Assembly (NCBI GenBank): GCA_963676615.1
Contig: OY781092.1
Span: 352,001-416,000 of the forward strand
Direction: 5' to 3'
Length of the DNA stretch: 64,000 nucleotides
From: Candidatus Cloacimonadota bacterium
GTDB lineage: Bacteria > Cloacimonadota > Cloacimonadia > G963667145
Shown here: in pieces, positions 28,037 through 37,261 of the stretch
Numbering within the stretch: the first letter of the stretch is position 1
Layout of the letters: every line of letters begins with the position of its first letter
Notes under the pieces: generated by a model
What the model was told of the DNA's origin: nothing
The model's input: only the letters and a program-made list of their open reading frames with translations
Databases searched by the model: none
Translations under genes and position numbers: made by a program

Positions 28037-28669
28037 TTATTCGGCATTCTCTTTATCCTCTTTCAGCCAGCTGACCAGCCCATAAACAAGCGGCGTATCG
28101 CACAGTGCAAAAAGAATTTTCAGCGACAAATACGGCAGCGAAAGTTGCAAAACGAACAGAGCGTCAAATTTCGGGGTCATTTTGTAGAGGAAAAGATACA
28201 TAAAAATGAAGGTGTCCAAAATTTGCGAGAGAATCGTGGAGACATTGTTCCGCAGCCACAAAAATCTGCCGTTGGTTTTCCTTTTCAGATAAGAGAAAAT
28301 AAACATATCGTTGAGCTGGGAGATGAAAAACGCCGTGATGCTGGCGAAAATCATCCGCAGCGAAAAGCTGAAGATGGTCGTGTATTCGTCGTTGTAGGTG
28401 AACCGCTCGGCTGGCTCCATCCAGATGGCGAGCGACAAAAATCCGAAAACAATCACCAGGCTGATAATCGCCGCGGTGATCAGGTTGAAGACGACATCTT
28501 TGCCGTAAACCTCTTCGATAGCGTCAGTTATCAAAAAAAGCAAAGGTGCGATAAAGATGCCCACGGAGGTGTTAATCCCCCAAAAATTGACGATTTTGAT
28601 GCCCAGCAAATTCGAGGCGGTGTAGAGCGAGATGAAAACAGAAAAAAGAATAGTAAGTTTTTTGTTCAC
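28037..28669 (-). CDS. yhhQ: Queuosine precursor transporter (YhhQ/VUT family), copy 1
   Basis: Same motifs; highly similar tandem paralog; GTG start. Confidence 0.88.
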   Translation of the reverse strand: MNKKLTILFSVFISLYTASNLLGIKIVNFWGINTSVGIFIAPLLFLITDAIEEVYGKDVVFNLITAAIISLVIVFGFLSLAIWMEPAERFTYNDEYTTIFSFSLRMIFASITAFFISQLNDMFIFSYLKRKTNGRFLWLRNNVSTILSQILDTFIFMYLFLYKMTPKFDALFVLQLSLPYLSLKILFALCDTPLVYGLVSWLKEDKENAE

Positions 28670-28673
28670 TTGG

Positions 28674-29498
28674 TTATCCTCCGATTTGGTTGATTTTGTA
28701 TTGCGTGTTGTTCAGCCCCGATTTTGGCTTGATCGCAAGGGCTTTGTAAACAGCCTCTTCGATAGAATTTTCCGCGGCAATCTCCACGGCTTTATCCGAA
28801 AAAAGACAGGGTAAAATTTTTCCGTCGCAAGTAATTCGCAGCTTGTTACACTTTTCGCAAACGCCCGCAGTCGTGTCTGGCTCTTCGGTAATGAGCGCCT
28901 CGAAAGAGCCGTTCTCCAGATTCATCTCCTTGATAGTCCTGCCAACGATGTTCTGATCCTTGCAAAACCGCTTCATCGCCGCTTGATCTTCGGCGGAATC
29001 GTTGAACCCTCTGATGAGGACGGTGTTGACTTTGATGGGGCTAAACCCCAACTCCTGAGCAGTTTTTATTCCTTGCAAAACTTTCGTCAAATCGCCGCCT
29101 CTGGTAATGTAGGCAAATTTTTCGGCGTCCAAAGTATCCAAAGAAAAGTTGACTCGCTTTAGCCCAGCATCTTTCAAATCTTGGGCGTATTTGGAAAAAA
29201 GTGCGCCGTTAGTCGTCAGGCAAAAATCTTGTAAACCTTTCAATTTTCCGATTTTACGAACGAGCCACAAAAAATTTTTCTTCACCAAAGGCTCTCCGCC
29301 AGTGAGCCTAACTTTTGTAATTCCTAGGCGCACACACACCTTGACGATGTCGAACATCTGCTCCAGCGTGAGAACTTTTTCGTGCGGAATAAAATCAACG
29401 CCCGCTTCATCTCGGCAGTAGCGACAGCAAAAATTGCACTTGTCGGTGAGCGAGAGGCGAATGTAGTCTATTTTGCGACCATGTGCGTCTATCAGCAT
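28674..29498 (-). CDS. moaA: Radical SAM GTP 3',8-cyclase (short MoaA-type)
   Basis: YIRLSLTDKCNFCCRYC, RLTGGEP, CEKCNKLRITCDGKILPCL, C-terminal IGG. Confidence 0.82.
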   Translation of the reverse strand: MLIDAHGRKIDYIRLSLTDKCNFCCRYCRDEAGVDFIPHEKVLTLEQMFDIVKVCVRLGITKVRLTGGEPLVKKNFLWLVRKIGKLKGLQDFCLTTNGALFSKYAQDLKDAGLKRVNFSLDTLDAEKFAYITRGGDLTKVLQGIKTAQELGFSPIKVNTVLIRGFNDSAEDQAAMKRFCKDQNIVGRTIKEMNLENGSFEALITEEPDTTAGVCEKCNKLRITCDGKILPCLFSDKAVEIAAENSIEEAVYKALAIKPKSGLNNTQYKINQIGG

Positions 29499-29508
29499 TG
29501 AGTTTCCG

Positions 29509-29973
29509 CTAGTTTTTCGCCTTGAAATCGTCCAACACGACCTTCACAGAATCGGCAGTGAGGTTGCCAAAAGTTTGGTCGTCGATCATCAAAACAGGCG
29601 CAAGGGAGCAGCACCCAAGGCACGCAACGCCTTCGACAGAGTAAAACTTGTCTTTGGTCACCTCTTCCTCTTTGATGTTCAGGTGCTCCAAAACAGCCGA
29701 CTTGATGACTTTGGCGCCGTTCACATGGCAGGCGGTTCCTTCGCAAACCTTGATGATGTGCTTTCCGACAGGATTGAACTTGAACTGTGCGTAAAAAGTG
29801 GCAACGCCCATAATTTGCGTCGGCGGCAATTTGCTAAACTCAGAAATTTTTTCGATAGTCTCCCGCGAAAGATACGAGAATTGCTCTTGCGCAAACTGCA
29901 AAATTTTGATCAAATTCGCTTGTTTATTGTCGATAGAAGCGATTTTTTCTTCGAGTTTGGTGTATTTTCCCAT
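29509..29973 (-). CDS. NuoE/HydC-like thioredoxin-fold [2Fe-2S] subunit
   Basis: GVATFYAQF, CEGTACH, CLGCCSLAPV. Confidence 0.88.
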   Translation of the reverse strand: MGKYTKLEEKIASIDNKQANLIKILQFAQEQFSYLSRETIEKISEFSKLPPTQIMGVATFYAQFKFNPVGKHIIKVCEGTACHVNGAKVIKSAVLEHLNIKEEEVTKDKFYSVEGVACLGCCSLAPVLMIDDQTFGNLTADSVKVVLDDFKAKN

Positions 29974-29977
29974 TTGG

Positions 29978-31042
29978 TTACTCCTTTCCTTTTTCTTCGT
30001 AAAAAGCGACCTGCAAAGATTTGGTAATCTCCGCGATGTCGCCGTTCATAATGTTATCCAATTTATATAATGTCAAATTTATTCTGTGATCGGTCACTCT
30101 GCCTTGCGGAAAGTTGTAGGTGCGGATCTTGCCGCTGCGGTCGCCAGTGCCGATTTGCGTTTTGCGAGTCCTGGCGATTTCTGCCTCTTGGCTCGCCATT
30201 TCTGCATCCAAAAGCCGTGAGAGCAAGACTTTCATCGCCTTATTTTTGTTCTTCAGCTGAGATTTTTCGTCTTGACAAGTGACCACCGTGCCCGTGGGCA
30301 GGTGAGTTATCCGCACAGCAGAATCGGTCGTGTTTACCGACTGTCCGCCGTTTCCGCTGGAACGATAAACATCGATTTTCAAATCTTTAGGATCAATTTG
30401 CACATCCACTTCGTCGGCTTCGGGCAGCACCGCCACCGTTACAGCCGAGGTGTGAATCCTGCCGTTCGCTTCGGTCTCGGGCACTCTCTGCACCCGATGC
30501 ACGCCGCTCTCAAACCGCATCGTCCCATAAACATTCTCGCCGCTAAGAGAAAAAACAATCTCTTTATAGCCGCCCTTTTCGCTCGGATTCGAGCTGATAA
30601 TCTGCTTTTTCCACTTATTCTGCTCGGCAAAATACGAATACATCCTGTAAAGATCGCCCACAAAAAGTCCCGACTCATTGCCGCCAGTGCCGGCGCGAAT
30701 CTCCACGATACAATCGCGCTTGTCGTTGGGATCTTTGGGAATGAGTAGCTTCTTCAGCTCCTCGGTCTTGATCGCCAACTCTTCTTCCAGCGAAGCTATC
30801 TCCTCTTTGGCAAGCTCCAGCATCTCCTTGTCCGACTCCGCAGCCAAAAGCTCCTTGGCGTCCTCCAGCTCCTTTGTCAAACTCTTCACACTCGCAGCGG
30901 AGTTCAAAATTTTCTCAAGCTCATTAAAGCGAGAACTAATTTTGCTATACTCCCGCTGGTCGCTCATATATTTCGGATCGGCGACTTTGCTCGCCAAATC
31001 TTGATGCTCGGACTTCAGCTTCTGAATTTTTTCGCTAAACAT
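29978..31042 (-). CDS. prfA: Peptide chain release factor 1
   Basis: [12 protein letters not shown] (PxT motif), [25 protein letters not shown]. Confidence 0.97.
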   Translation of the reverse strand: MFSEKIQKLKSEHQDLASKVADPKYMSDQREYSKISSRFNELEKILNSAASVKSLTKELEDAKELLAAESDKEMLELAKEEIASLEEELAIKTEELKKLLIPKDPNDKRDCIVEIRAGTGGNESGLFVGDLYRMYSYFAEQNKWKKQIISSNPSEKGGYKEIVFSLSGENVYGTMRFESGVHRVQRVPETEANGRIHTSAVTVAVLPEADEVDVQIDPKDLKIDVYRSSGNGGQSVNTTDSAVRITHLPTGTVVTCQDEKSQLKNKNKAMKVLLSRLLDAEMASQEAEIARTRKTQIGTGDRSGKIRTYNFPQGRVTDHRINLTLYKLDNIMNGDIAEITKSLQVAFYEEKGKE

Positions 31043-31980
31043 TAAATCTCTATCCTTCTAACATCTGGGTCTATCGGTTGGTCTAACGCCGCCTTCAGAG
31101 CCACCACAGCCACCTTAATCTGCCCAAGGCTCGGCTCTTTGGTCGTGATTCTCTGCAGCAACAATCCAGGACTGATAAAAAAGTGGACAAGTTTGTTGTC
31201 TATATGTTTATCGCTAAATTTCAAAAATTCGTAGGAAACGCCAGCCACCAACGGAATGCACAAAAGGTGATACGAAATCCTGATGAGCAAATTCGGTCTG
31301 CCAAAACGAAGACTCACAAAACTGTCCAAAATCGAAAAAACGATAATCGAAACTATCAAAACCAAAAAAATAAAACTCGTTCCGCAACGGGGATTTATTC
31401 TGGACGCCTTGCTGATTTGCTCTGGTTCCAGCTCGATATTTTGCTCATAAGCGTTGATGGTTTTGTGCTCCGCGCCGTGAAACTCAAAAAGCTCCCTCAC
31501 ATCTTTCATAAGCCCAATCGAGAGCAGATAAACCAAAAAAACCGCCACTCGCAAAGCTCCCGCAATGAGATTGAACCAAACTTCGCCCTGACTCTGTGGA
31601 AACTGCTCTGCCAAAAAATAGGGCAATCCAACAAAAAGCGAAACGCCCAGCACCAGCGAAAACACAAAAGTCAAGCCGTTTTCCAGCTTCTCCCGAAAGT
31701 TCGACTTTGCTTTTTTCGCTTTCTCGTCCAGCATCGCCCGCTCTGCCGAATACTGCAACGCCGAATAACCGACTTTGAGCATCTGCAAAAAATTGGCAAA
31801 CCCACGCACAATCGGCAATCGCAGCCACTTGCTCTTTTTGGACAAACTGCAAAAAGGCTTTTTGAGTAGCTCAATGGTCTTGTCTTTGCGAGCCGTCGCC
31901 ACGGCGATAGTTTGCCCCGAGAGCATCATCACGCCACTAATAACAGCCTGTCCGCCCGCCTTATCTAACTTCTGTTTCAT
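31042..31980 (-). CDS. DUF1385 (YqhQ) membrane protein
   Basis: [34 protein letters not shown]; usual position between rpmE and prfA. Confidence 0.9.
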   Translation of the reverse strand: MKQKLDKAGGQAVISGVMMLSGQTIAVATARKDKTIELLKKPFCSLSKKSKWLRLPIVRGFANFLQMLKVGYSALQYSAERAMLDEKAKKAKSNFREKLENGLTFVFSLVLGVSLFVGLPYFLAEQFPQSQGEVWFNLIAGALRVAVFLVYLLSIGLMKDVRELFEFHGAEHKTINAYEQNIELEPEQISKASRINPRCGTSFIFLVLIVSIIVFSILDSFVSLRFGRPNLLIRISYHLLCIPLVAGVSYEFLKFSDKHIDNKLVHFFISPGLLLQRITTKEPSLGQIKVAVVALKAALDQPIDPDVRRIEI

Positions 31981-32009
31981 AAAAAAATAGACCTTATTTC
32001 CTAAGGTCT
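31981..32009 (-). terminator. Probable intrinsic terminator after rpmE
   Basis: Minus strand AGACCTTA-GGAAA-TAAGGTCT then ATTTTTTT, abutting the DUF1385 ATG. Confidence 0.6.
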
Positions 32010-32034
32010 TTTTAAAAAAGCTAAAAAACTAGCT

Positions 32035-32244
32035 TTATTTTTGTTGATATTTTTTCTTGAATCTCTCAACTCTACCAGCAGAGTCAACGATTTTTTGCTT
32101 CCCTGTGTAAAATGGATGGCAATTTGAACAAATCTCCACATTCATAGTTTTCGATTCGCACTTGCAACTTTTCGTCTCAAAACTGTTGCCACACGCGCAT
32201 TTCACTTCGACAGTATCGTATTTTGGATGAATATCTTTTTGCAT
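32035..32244 (-). CDS. rpmE: 50S ribosomal protein L31 (Zn-binding form)
   Basis: [28 protein letters not shown]. Confidence 0.97.
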   Translation of the reverse strand: MQKDIHPKYDTVEVKCACGNSFETKSCKCESKTMNVEICSNCHPFYTGKQKIVDSAGRVERFKKKYQQK

Positions 32245-32273
32245 TCTAAAACTCCTTATAAGACTATTAGTAG

Positions 32274-32302
32274 CAATATTTTCTCTGCCGTTTATTTGTC
32301 AA
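32274..32302 (-). promoter_or_regulatory. Putative rpmE promoter, TTGACA-N17-ATATTG
   Basis: Perfect -35 hexamer upstream of an AAGGAG RBS. Confidence 0.55.
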
Positions 32303-32332
32303 TAAAAAGTGGTGGTGGAAGTTTTTGCTTCC

Positions 32333-33592
32333 TCACAAATTTTTCAAATGCATTCGATATTTTTCCAAAATGCTGTCTTCCAAAACTTCAATTCCTAGTT
32401 CCAGCAAAAATAAAATATCTTTTTTGGGAATCATTTTGTAGATTTCACGGATAGAAAAATGTTCGTGAATTTTTTCCCAACTTTTCCTCAAAATCTCGGC
32501 GTCAAATCGATTTCGCATCAAACACTCGCCAAATCTGGGGTGAGAGCTGTTTATTTTTATCAGAAATTTGTTAAGCTTTTCTGGATAATCTTTGAGGGAG
32601 AACACAATTTTTTCGAAGCAGTGTAAAAAATGTAAAGATTTTTTGTTTTGCGATAGGGGCTTAATTTTTGCCAAATATTTTTCGGATAAATTTTTGCGCA
32701 TTATTAAATCTGAAATTTTCTCGCCAACGCGAAGGTAGTCCCGCAGTATTTGATTCATCCCTGTGCCGATAAATTTCGGTGTCCACAGGGCAGACTCTCC
32801 AAAGAAAAAAAGGTTGTCTAGGGCATTTTTTTTCAAATCTCCCATCAAAATTGTCCCTTTTGTTTTGCTTACGATTTCTGCATTTTTCAGACCAGGATAA
32901 TAAGTGAAATAATCTTCCAAAAAACTTTCTAAGAAGTCGTAATCGACCCTTTTATTTTCTAGGTAAGGAAAGACATGAACTTGGGCGTAATTTTCACAGT
33001 AGGGCATAATCCCGCCAATCATAAGTTCTTTATAGTCAGGGGTTTGCATAATTTCCCAGATAAATTTTTCCGCATCTACGCTAACATTTTTCACATTAAC
33101 GCCCAAAATTGGATAGCTTGAATATTTTGAGATTAAATCGAATTTTTTGACTATGGGACTGTCGGCGCCCATGCAATCTATCAGCAGTTTTGCTCTAAAT
33201 TTATCGTTTCCTTTGCAAATTTCGACGCCGTTTTCTATTTTTTGGAAAGTGTTAATTTCAAACGACGAAATAAAGGTGATGTTCTCTTTTTTACATCTGC
33301 TGGTGAAAATTTCTAGCAACTTTGGTTCGTTCAACTGACAGTAAATGTCTTTGAAAACCCATTTTGCACCCAAGTAATGACCAAACTCCAACGCTTCTAT
33401 CCGATTGTTAATTATTGAATCGCCCAAATCTAATTTTTCGATTAAATCTCGAAAAGATGCCCAAGATTTTGTTGTGGAGCCTATTTTGTTTTTATCAAAA
33501 ACGCAAACTTTATGGTTTTGGCTTAAAACAGAAGCAAGTGACAGCCCCGCAGGACCTGCTCCTGCGATTATAACATCAAAAATTTTCTCCAT
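32333..33592 (-). CDS. FAD-dependent oxidoreductase (lycopene cyclase/geranylgeranyl reductase-like fold)
   Basis: DVIIAGAGPAGLSLA, LIDCMGADS, FFGESA...GTGM; visibly AT-rich. Confidence 0.7.
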   Translation of the reverse strand: MEKIFDVIIAGAGPAGLSLASVLSQNHKVCVFDKNKIGSTTKSWASFRDLIEKLDLGDSIINNRIEALEFGHYLGAKWVFKDIYCQLNEPKLLEIFTSRCKKENITFISSFEINTFQKIENGVEICKGNDKFRAKLLIDCMGADSPIVKKFDLISKYSSYPILGVNVKNVSVDAEKFIWEIMQTPDYKELMIGGIMPYCENYAQVHVFPYLENKRVDYDFLESFLEDYFTYYPGLKNAEIVSKTKGTILMGDLKKNALDNLFFFGESALWTPKFIGTGMNQILRDYLRVGEKISDLIMRKNLSEKYLAKIKPLSQNKKSLHFLHCFEKIVFSLKDYPEKLNKFLIKINSSHPRFGECLMRNRFDAEILRKSWEKIHEHFSIREIYKMIPKKDILFLLELGIEVLEDSILEKYRMHLKNL

Positions 33593-33610
33593 AAATTCTG
33601 CTGATTTTTT

Positions 33611-34042
33611 TTACAGCGACGCAATTCCCTTGTCAACGCTCTTTATTCCCGCAGCTTTCAGCTTTTCAATGGCTTTGTCGGGATCATCAAAACGGAAAAT
33701 GAGAGCCGCACTATCGGCGCAGGTGTTGCCAACAAAGCCATACATATACTCGATGTTCAGCTTTGCCGCGTCGATGATGTCCAAAATCTCAGCCAAACCT
33801 CCTGGCTGATGCGCTACCTCCAGAGCCACGACCTCCGTGATGTTGACGATGTGCCCCTCGGACTCCAGCACGCTCTTTGCCTGCAACGGCTCGGCGACAA
33901 TCAATCGCAAAATCCCAAAATCTTTGGTGTCCGCAAGCGAAAGCGTGAGGATGTTGATTTCGTGCTTCTTCAGGTCCGCGCAAACTCTGTTCAGATGCCC
34001 GGGTTTATTCTCGATAAATAGTGATAACTGCTTGATTTTCAT
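33611..34042 (-). CDS. Double ACT-domain protein
   Basis: QLSLFIENKPG, ADTKDFGILRLI, PGGLA, NIEYMYGF. Confidence 0.9.
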   Translation of the reverse strand: MKIKQLSLFIENKPGHLNRVCADLKKHEINILTLSLADTKDFGILRLIVAEPLQAKSVLESEGHIVNITEVVALEVAHQPGGLAEILDIIDAAKLNIEYMYGFVGNTCADSAALIFRFDDPDKAIEKLKAAGIKSVDKGIASL

Positions 34043-34058
34043 AATCGCCTCCGCAAGA

Positions 34059-35387
34059 TTATTTCCGCAAATCTATGACGCGCTTTGCTTTGCCTTCGCT
34101 TCTTTGAATGGTTTTTGGCTCGACCAGCGTAACTTTCACCGTGACGCCAGCGATGCTTTTTATCGAAGCGGCAATTTTCGCCTTGAGTCGCTCCAGCGCC
34201 GAGACTGTGTCGCCGAACTGCTCCGATTTTACCTCAACTTGCACCTCCATACAATCCAAATCGTGCTCGCGCGAAAGGTAAATCATATAATGCGGCAAAG
34301 TGCCTTCCACAGCCAGCAGCGCCGTTTCGATTTGCGATGGAAAGACATTCACGCCGCGGATAATCATCATATCGTCGCTTCTGGTGTTGATTTTCTCGAT
34401 GCGGCGAAGCGTCCTGCCACAAGCGCATTTTTCGGTGATGATTCTGGTGATGTCACGGGTGCGATAGCGAATCATCGGAATGGCTTGTTTGGTCAGCGTC
34501 GTCAGCACAAGCTCGCCTTTTTCGCCATCTGGCAGCACCTCCTGCGTTTCGGGGTCGATTATTTCGGGATAAAAATGGTCTTCGAAAATATGCAATCCTT
34601 TTTGCTGGCTGCACTCGATGCCGACGCCTGGTCCGATAATTTCCGAAAGTCCGTAGATGTCAAAAGCTTTGATGCCAGCCTCTTTTTCGATACGCTCCCG
34701 CATCTGAAAAGTCCAAGGTTCTGCGCCGAAAACGCCGACTCGCAGCGGCAAATCTTTGATGCTCACGCCCATTTCGCCTGCCACTTCCAAAATGTGCAAA
34801 AAGTAGCTGGGAGTCACGGTTATCACGGTGGAGCCGAAATCGCGCATCAGCATAATTTGCTTTTTGGTGTTGCCGCCCGAGATAGGAATGACGGTCGCTC
34901 CCAGAGCCTCTGCGCCAGAGTGAACGCCCAGTCCGCCAGTGAACAAGCCGTAGCCGTAGGTGTTTTGCAAAATGTCGTCGCTGGAGACGCCGCAAGCCGC
35001 AAGAGATCGCATCATCACATTGTTCCACACCTTCATATCCTCTTTGGTGTAGCCCACGACAATCGGTTTGCCCGTCGTTCCGCTGGAAGCGTGCAGTCGC
35101 ACGATCTCGCCCAAGGGAACGGCAAAAAGTCCATACGGATAGGTGTCTCGCAGGTCGGTTTTGACAGTGAAAGGCAGCTTGGCGATGTCCGACAAGTTTG
35201 TAATATCTTGGGGCTTTACTCCCCGCTCGTCCATTCTGTCGCGAAAAAGCCTCACATTATCATAGCTGTGCCGCACGACCCCCTGCAGTCTGTAAAGTTG
35301 CAGCGCCCTCATCTGCTCTTTCGGGATAAAATCTGGCGCACTCACCGGATTCATCGGGCTGTTTTTGTCGTTCCAAAAAGTTCCCAT
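34059..35387 (-). CDS. paaK: Phenylacetate--CoA ligase family protein
   Basis: [50 protein letters not shown]. Confidence 0.9.
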   Translation of the reverse strand: MGTFWNDKNSPMNPVSAPDFIPKEQMRALQLYRLQGVVRHSYDNVRLFRDRMDERGVKPQDITNLSDIAKLPFTVKTDLRDTYPYGLFAVPLGEIVRLHASSGTTGKPIVVGYTKEDMKVWNNVMMRSLAACGVSSDDILQNTYGYGLFTGGLGVHSGAEALGATVIPISGGNTKKQIMLMRDFGSTVITVTPSYFLHILEVAGEMGVSIKDLPLRVGVFGAEPWTFQMRERIEKEAGIKAFDIYGLSEIIGPGVGIECSQQKGLHIFEDHFYPEIIDPETQEVLPDGEKGELVLTTLTKQAIPMIRYRTRDITRIITEKCACGRTLRRIEKINTRSDDMMIIRGVNVFPSQIETALLAVEGTLPHYMIYLSREHDLDCMEVQVEVKSEQFGDTVSALERLKAKIAASIKSIAGVTVKVTLVEPKTIQRSEGKAKRVIDLRK

Positions 35388-35483
35388 AATGCGTTCCTTT
35401 TCCTCATAAAAAGTTTTTTCAATTTGAAACCAAGTAAGATTTTTTCAAATTTAGTCAAGCAAAAAGAGTGTGTCACAAAAAAG

Positions 35484-35513
35484 TTGACAGATACCAAAAT
35501 TTTGCTGTAATTG
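35484..35513 (+). promoter_or_regulatory. Putative buk promoter, TTGACA-N18-TAATTG
   Basis: Perfect -35 hexamer upstream of a GGAGG RBS. Confidence 0.55.
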
Positions 35514-35544
35514 TGAAAATCGTTGATATAAAATGGAGGAGCAG

Positions 35545-36618
35545 ATGAAAAAAGTTTTGGCAATTAACCCCGGTTCGACCTCGACAAAAATTGCTGTTTA
35601 CGACGAAAACGGCAAGATTTTCGAGAGCGTTATTTCGCACGATAGCAAAGAGATAGCGAAGTTTGCAAGCGTTAAGGAGCAAAAAGATTTTCGCAAAGGT
35701 CTGATTTTGCAGACGCTGCAAAAATTTGGACTGCAGATGCAGCAGATAGATGTGGTCGTGGGCAGAGGCGGTTTGGTGCGACCTGTGGAGGGCGGAGTTT
35801 ATGCGGTAAGTGAGCATATGCTGGCGGATTTGAGCGATCAGACAATCTGGGGCAGAGCGCACGCGTCGAATCTTGGCGCTTTTTTGGCGAAGTCGCTGGC
35901 AGATTCTGTCGGCGTCCCTAGCTACATCGCCGATCCCGTGACGGTGGACGAGATGAGCCCGATTGCCAAAATTTCTGGCGTCCCCGAAATTCGCCGAAAG
36001 TCGATGTTTCACGCGCTGAATATTCGGGCGTGCATCGCCAAAGCGGCGGCAATTCTGCAAAAGCCCAAAACGGAGTGCAATTTTGTGGCGATTCATATGG
36101 GCGGTGGAATTTCGGTGGTGGCTGTGCAAAACGGCAGATGCGTCGATGTGAACAACGCACTTTTGGGAATGGGTCCGTTCTCGCCGCAGCGGGCGGGAGC
36201 TTTGCCGATTGAGGAGCTTTTGGAGATGGCGTATTCGGGAAAATACACCCTGCCGCAAATCGAGCGAAAGTTGTGCAAAGAGAGCGGATTGATAGCGTTT
36301 TTGGGAACTGACAGCGGGCTGGAGATTACCAAACGGATCCAAAACGGCGACAAAAAGGCGGAGTTTATTTTGCAGGCGATGGCGTATCAGATTGCCAAAG
36401 AAGCTGGAGCGTGTGTTGCGGTGCTCAAGGGCGAAGTTGATGCGGTGATTTACACGGGCGGGCTTGCCCATGTGCAGACGGTTTTGATGCCGTATCTAAA
36501 AGACCACTTGCGATTTTTGCCCAAACACATCGAATTTCCTGGTGAAATGGAGATGGAAGCCCTTGCCAGTGCTGGTTTGCGGGTGATAAACGGCGAAGAA
36601 GAGTCGAAAGAGTATTAG
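35545..36618 (+). CDS. buk: Butyrate (branched-chain fatty acid) kinase
   Basis: INPGSTSTK, GRGG, HASNLG, HALN, HMGGGIS, PGEMEMEAL. Confidence 0.95.
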   Translation: MKKVLAINPGSTSTKIAVYDENGKIFESVISHDSKEIAKFASVKEQKDFRKGLILQTLQKFGLQMQQIDVVVGRGGLVRPVEGGVYAVSEHMLADLSDQTIWGRAHASNLGAFLAKSLADSVGVPSYIADPVTVDEMSPIAKISGVPEIRRKSMFHALNIRACIAKAAAILQKPKTECNFVAIHMGGGISVVAVQNGRCVDVNNALLGMGPFSPQRAGALPIEELLEMAYSGKYTLPQIERKLCKESGLIAFLGTDSGLEITKRIQNGDKKAEFILQAMAYQIAKEAGACVAVLKGEVDAVIYTGGLAHVQTVLMPYLKDHLRFLPKHIEFPGEMEMEALASAGLRVINGEEESKEY

Positions 36619-36635
36619 CAAAAAGTAGTGGTTTC

Positions 36636-37250
36636 CTAAAAATCTCGCACGCCGATAAGCACATCGTAAACATGCTCTTTGAAAATCGAAAAGGCGACAA
36701 ACAGAAGCAGAAGTGCCATTATCGTGTTCAAAATTTTCAGAGTTTTGTTGTTTTTGATAAAAGAGCTGAAAAATTGCCCGAGCAGGCAATAGCTGACGGG
36801 TGCGCCGAACACCAAAATCGTCAAAATCAGTGACATCAGCAAGATTTTGGCGCCCACGATGTTGCACGCCTCAAAGTTGATTGTGGCAATGGGCAGCGCT
36901 GTTAGTGTGGCTTTTGGGTTGAAAAGTTGAATGAAAAAACCGTCTTTGAAACCGAGCATTTTGTGCTGGCTGGAGCTTTCCACATCGACTTTTGAGCGAA
37001 AAATTTTGTAGGCGAGATAGGCTATATAGACCGATCCGACGGCGCTTAGGTAGATTAGATACTCTTTTTTGACGAACTTTTCGCTGGTGTAGCCATAGAC
37101 GCTGAAAAGTATGAACATCGCAAGGCTTGCTCCCAAGAAAAATCCGATGGAGCTTTTGAATTTTTTGTTTAGCCCAAGGTTCATACTCATAAGGTTTATG
37201 GTGCCTGGCGTGTAAATTATGCCGATTCCGTATAAAAACATTGCGAGCAT
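36636..37250 (-). CDS. LysE/RhtB family amino-acid exporter
   Basis: TPGTIN, G.VYIAYLAYK, F.DGFFIQLFNPKA; GGAGG RBS before the ATG at 37250. Confidence 0.85.
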   Translation of the reverse strand: MLAMFLYGIGIIYTPGTINLMSMNLGLNKKFKSSIGFFLGASLAMFILFSVYGYTSEKFVKKEYLIYLSAVGSVYIAYLAYKIFRSKVDVESSSQHKMLGFKDGFFIQLFNPKATLTALPIATINFEACNIVGAKILLMSLILTILVFGAPVSYCLLGQFFSSFIKNNKTLKILNTIMALLLLFVAFSIFKEHVYDVLIGVRDF

Positions 37251-37261
37251 TTTTTTGCCTC

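Noticed and set aside
28670..28720. preQ1 riboswitch upstream of yhhQ
   Set aside because: Only 4 nt separate moaA from yhhQ and no preQ1 aptamer pattern was seen.
28674..29498. Radical SAM gene as QueE or a queuine lyase because of the yhhQ neighbours
   Set aside because: It has the MoaA-specific N-terminal YxRxSxTD, the second Cys cluster and the C-terminal GG.
35511..35528. Rex operator upstream of buk (TTGTGAA half-site)
   Set aside because: The second half-site (GTTGATA) does not match TTCACAA.
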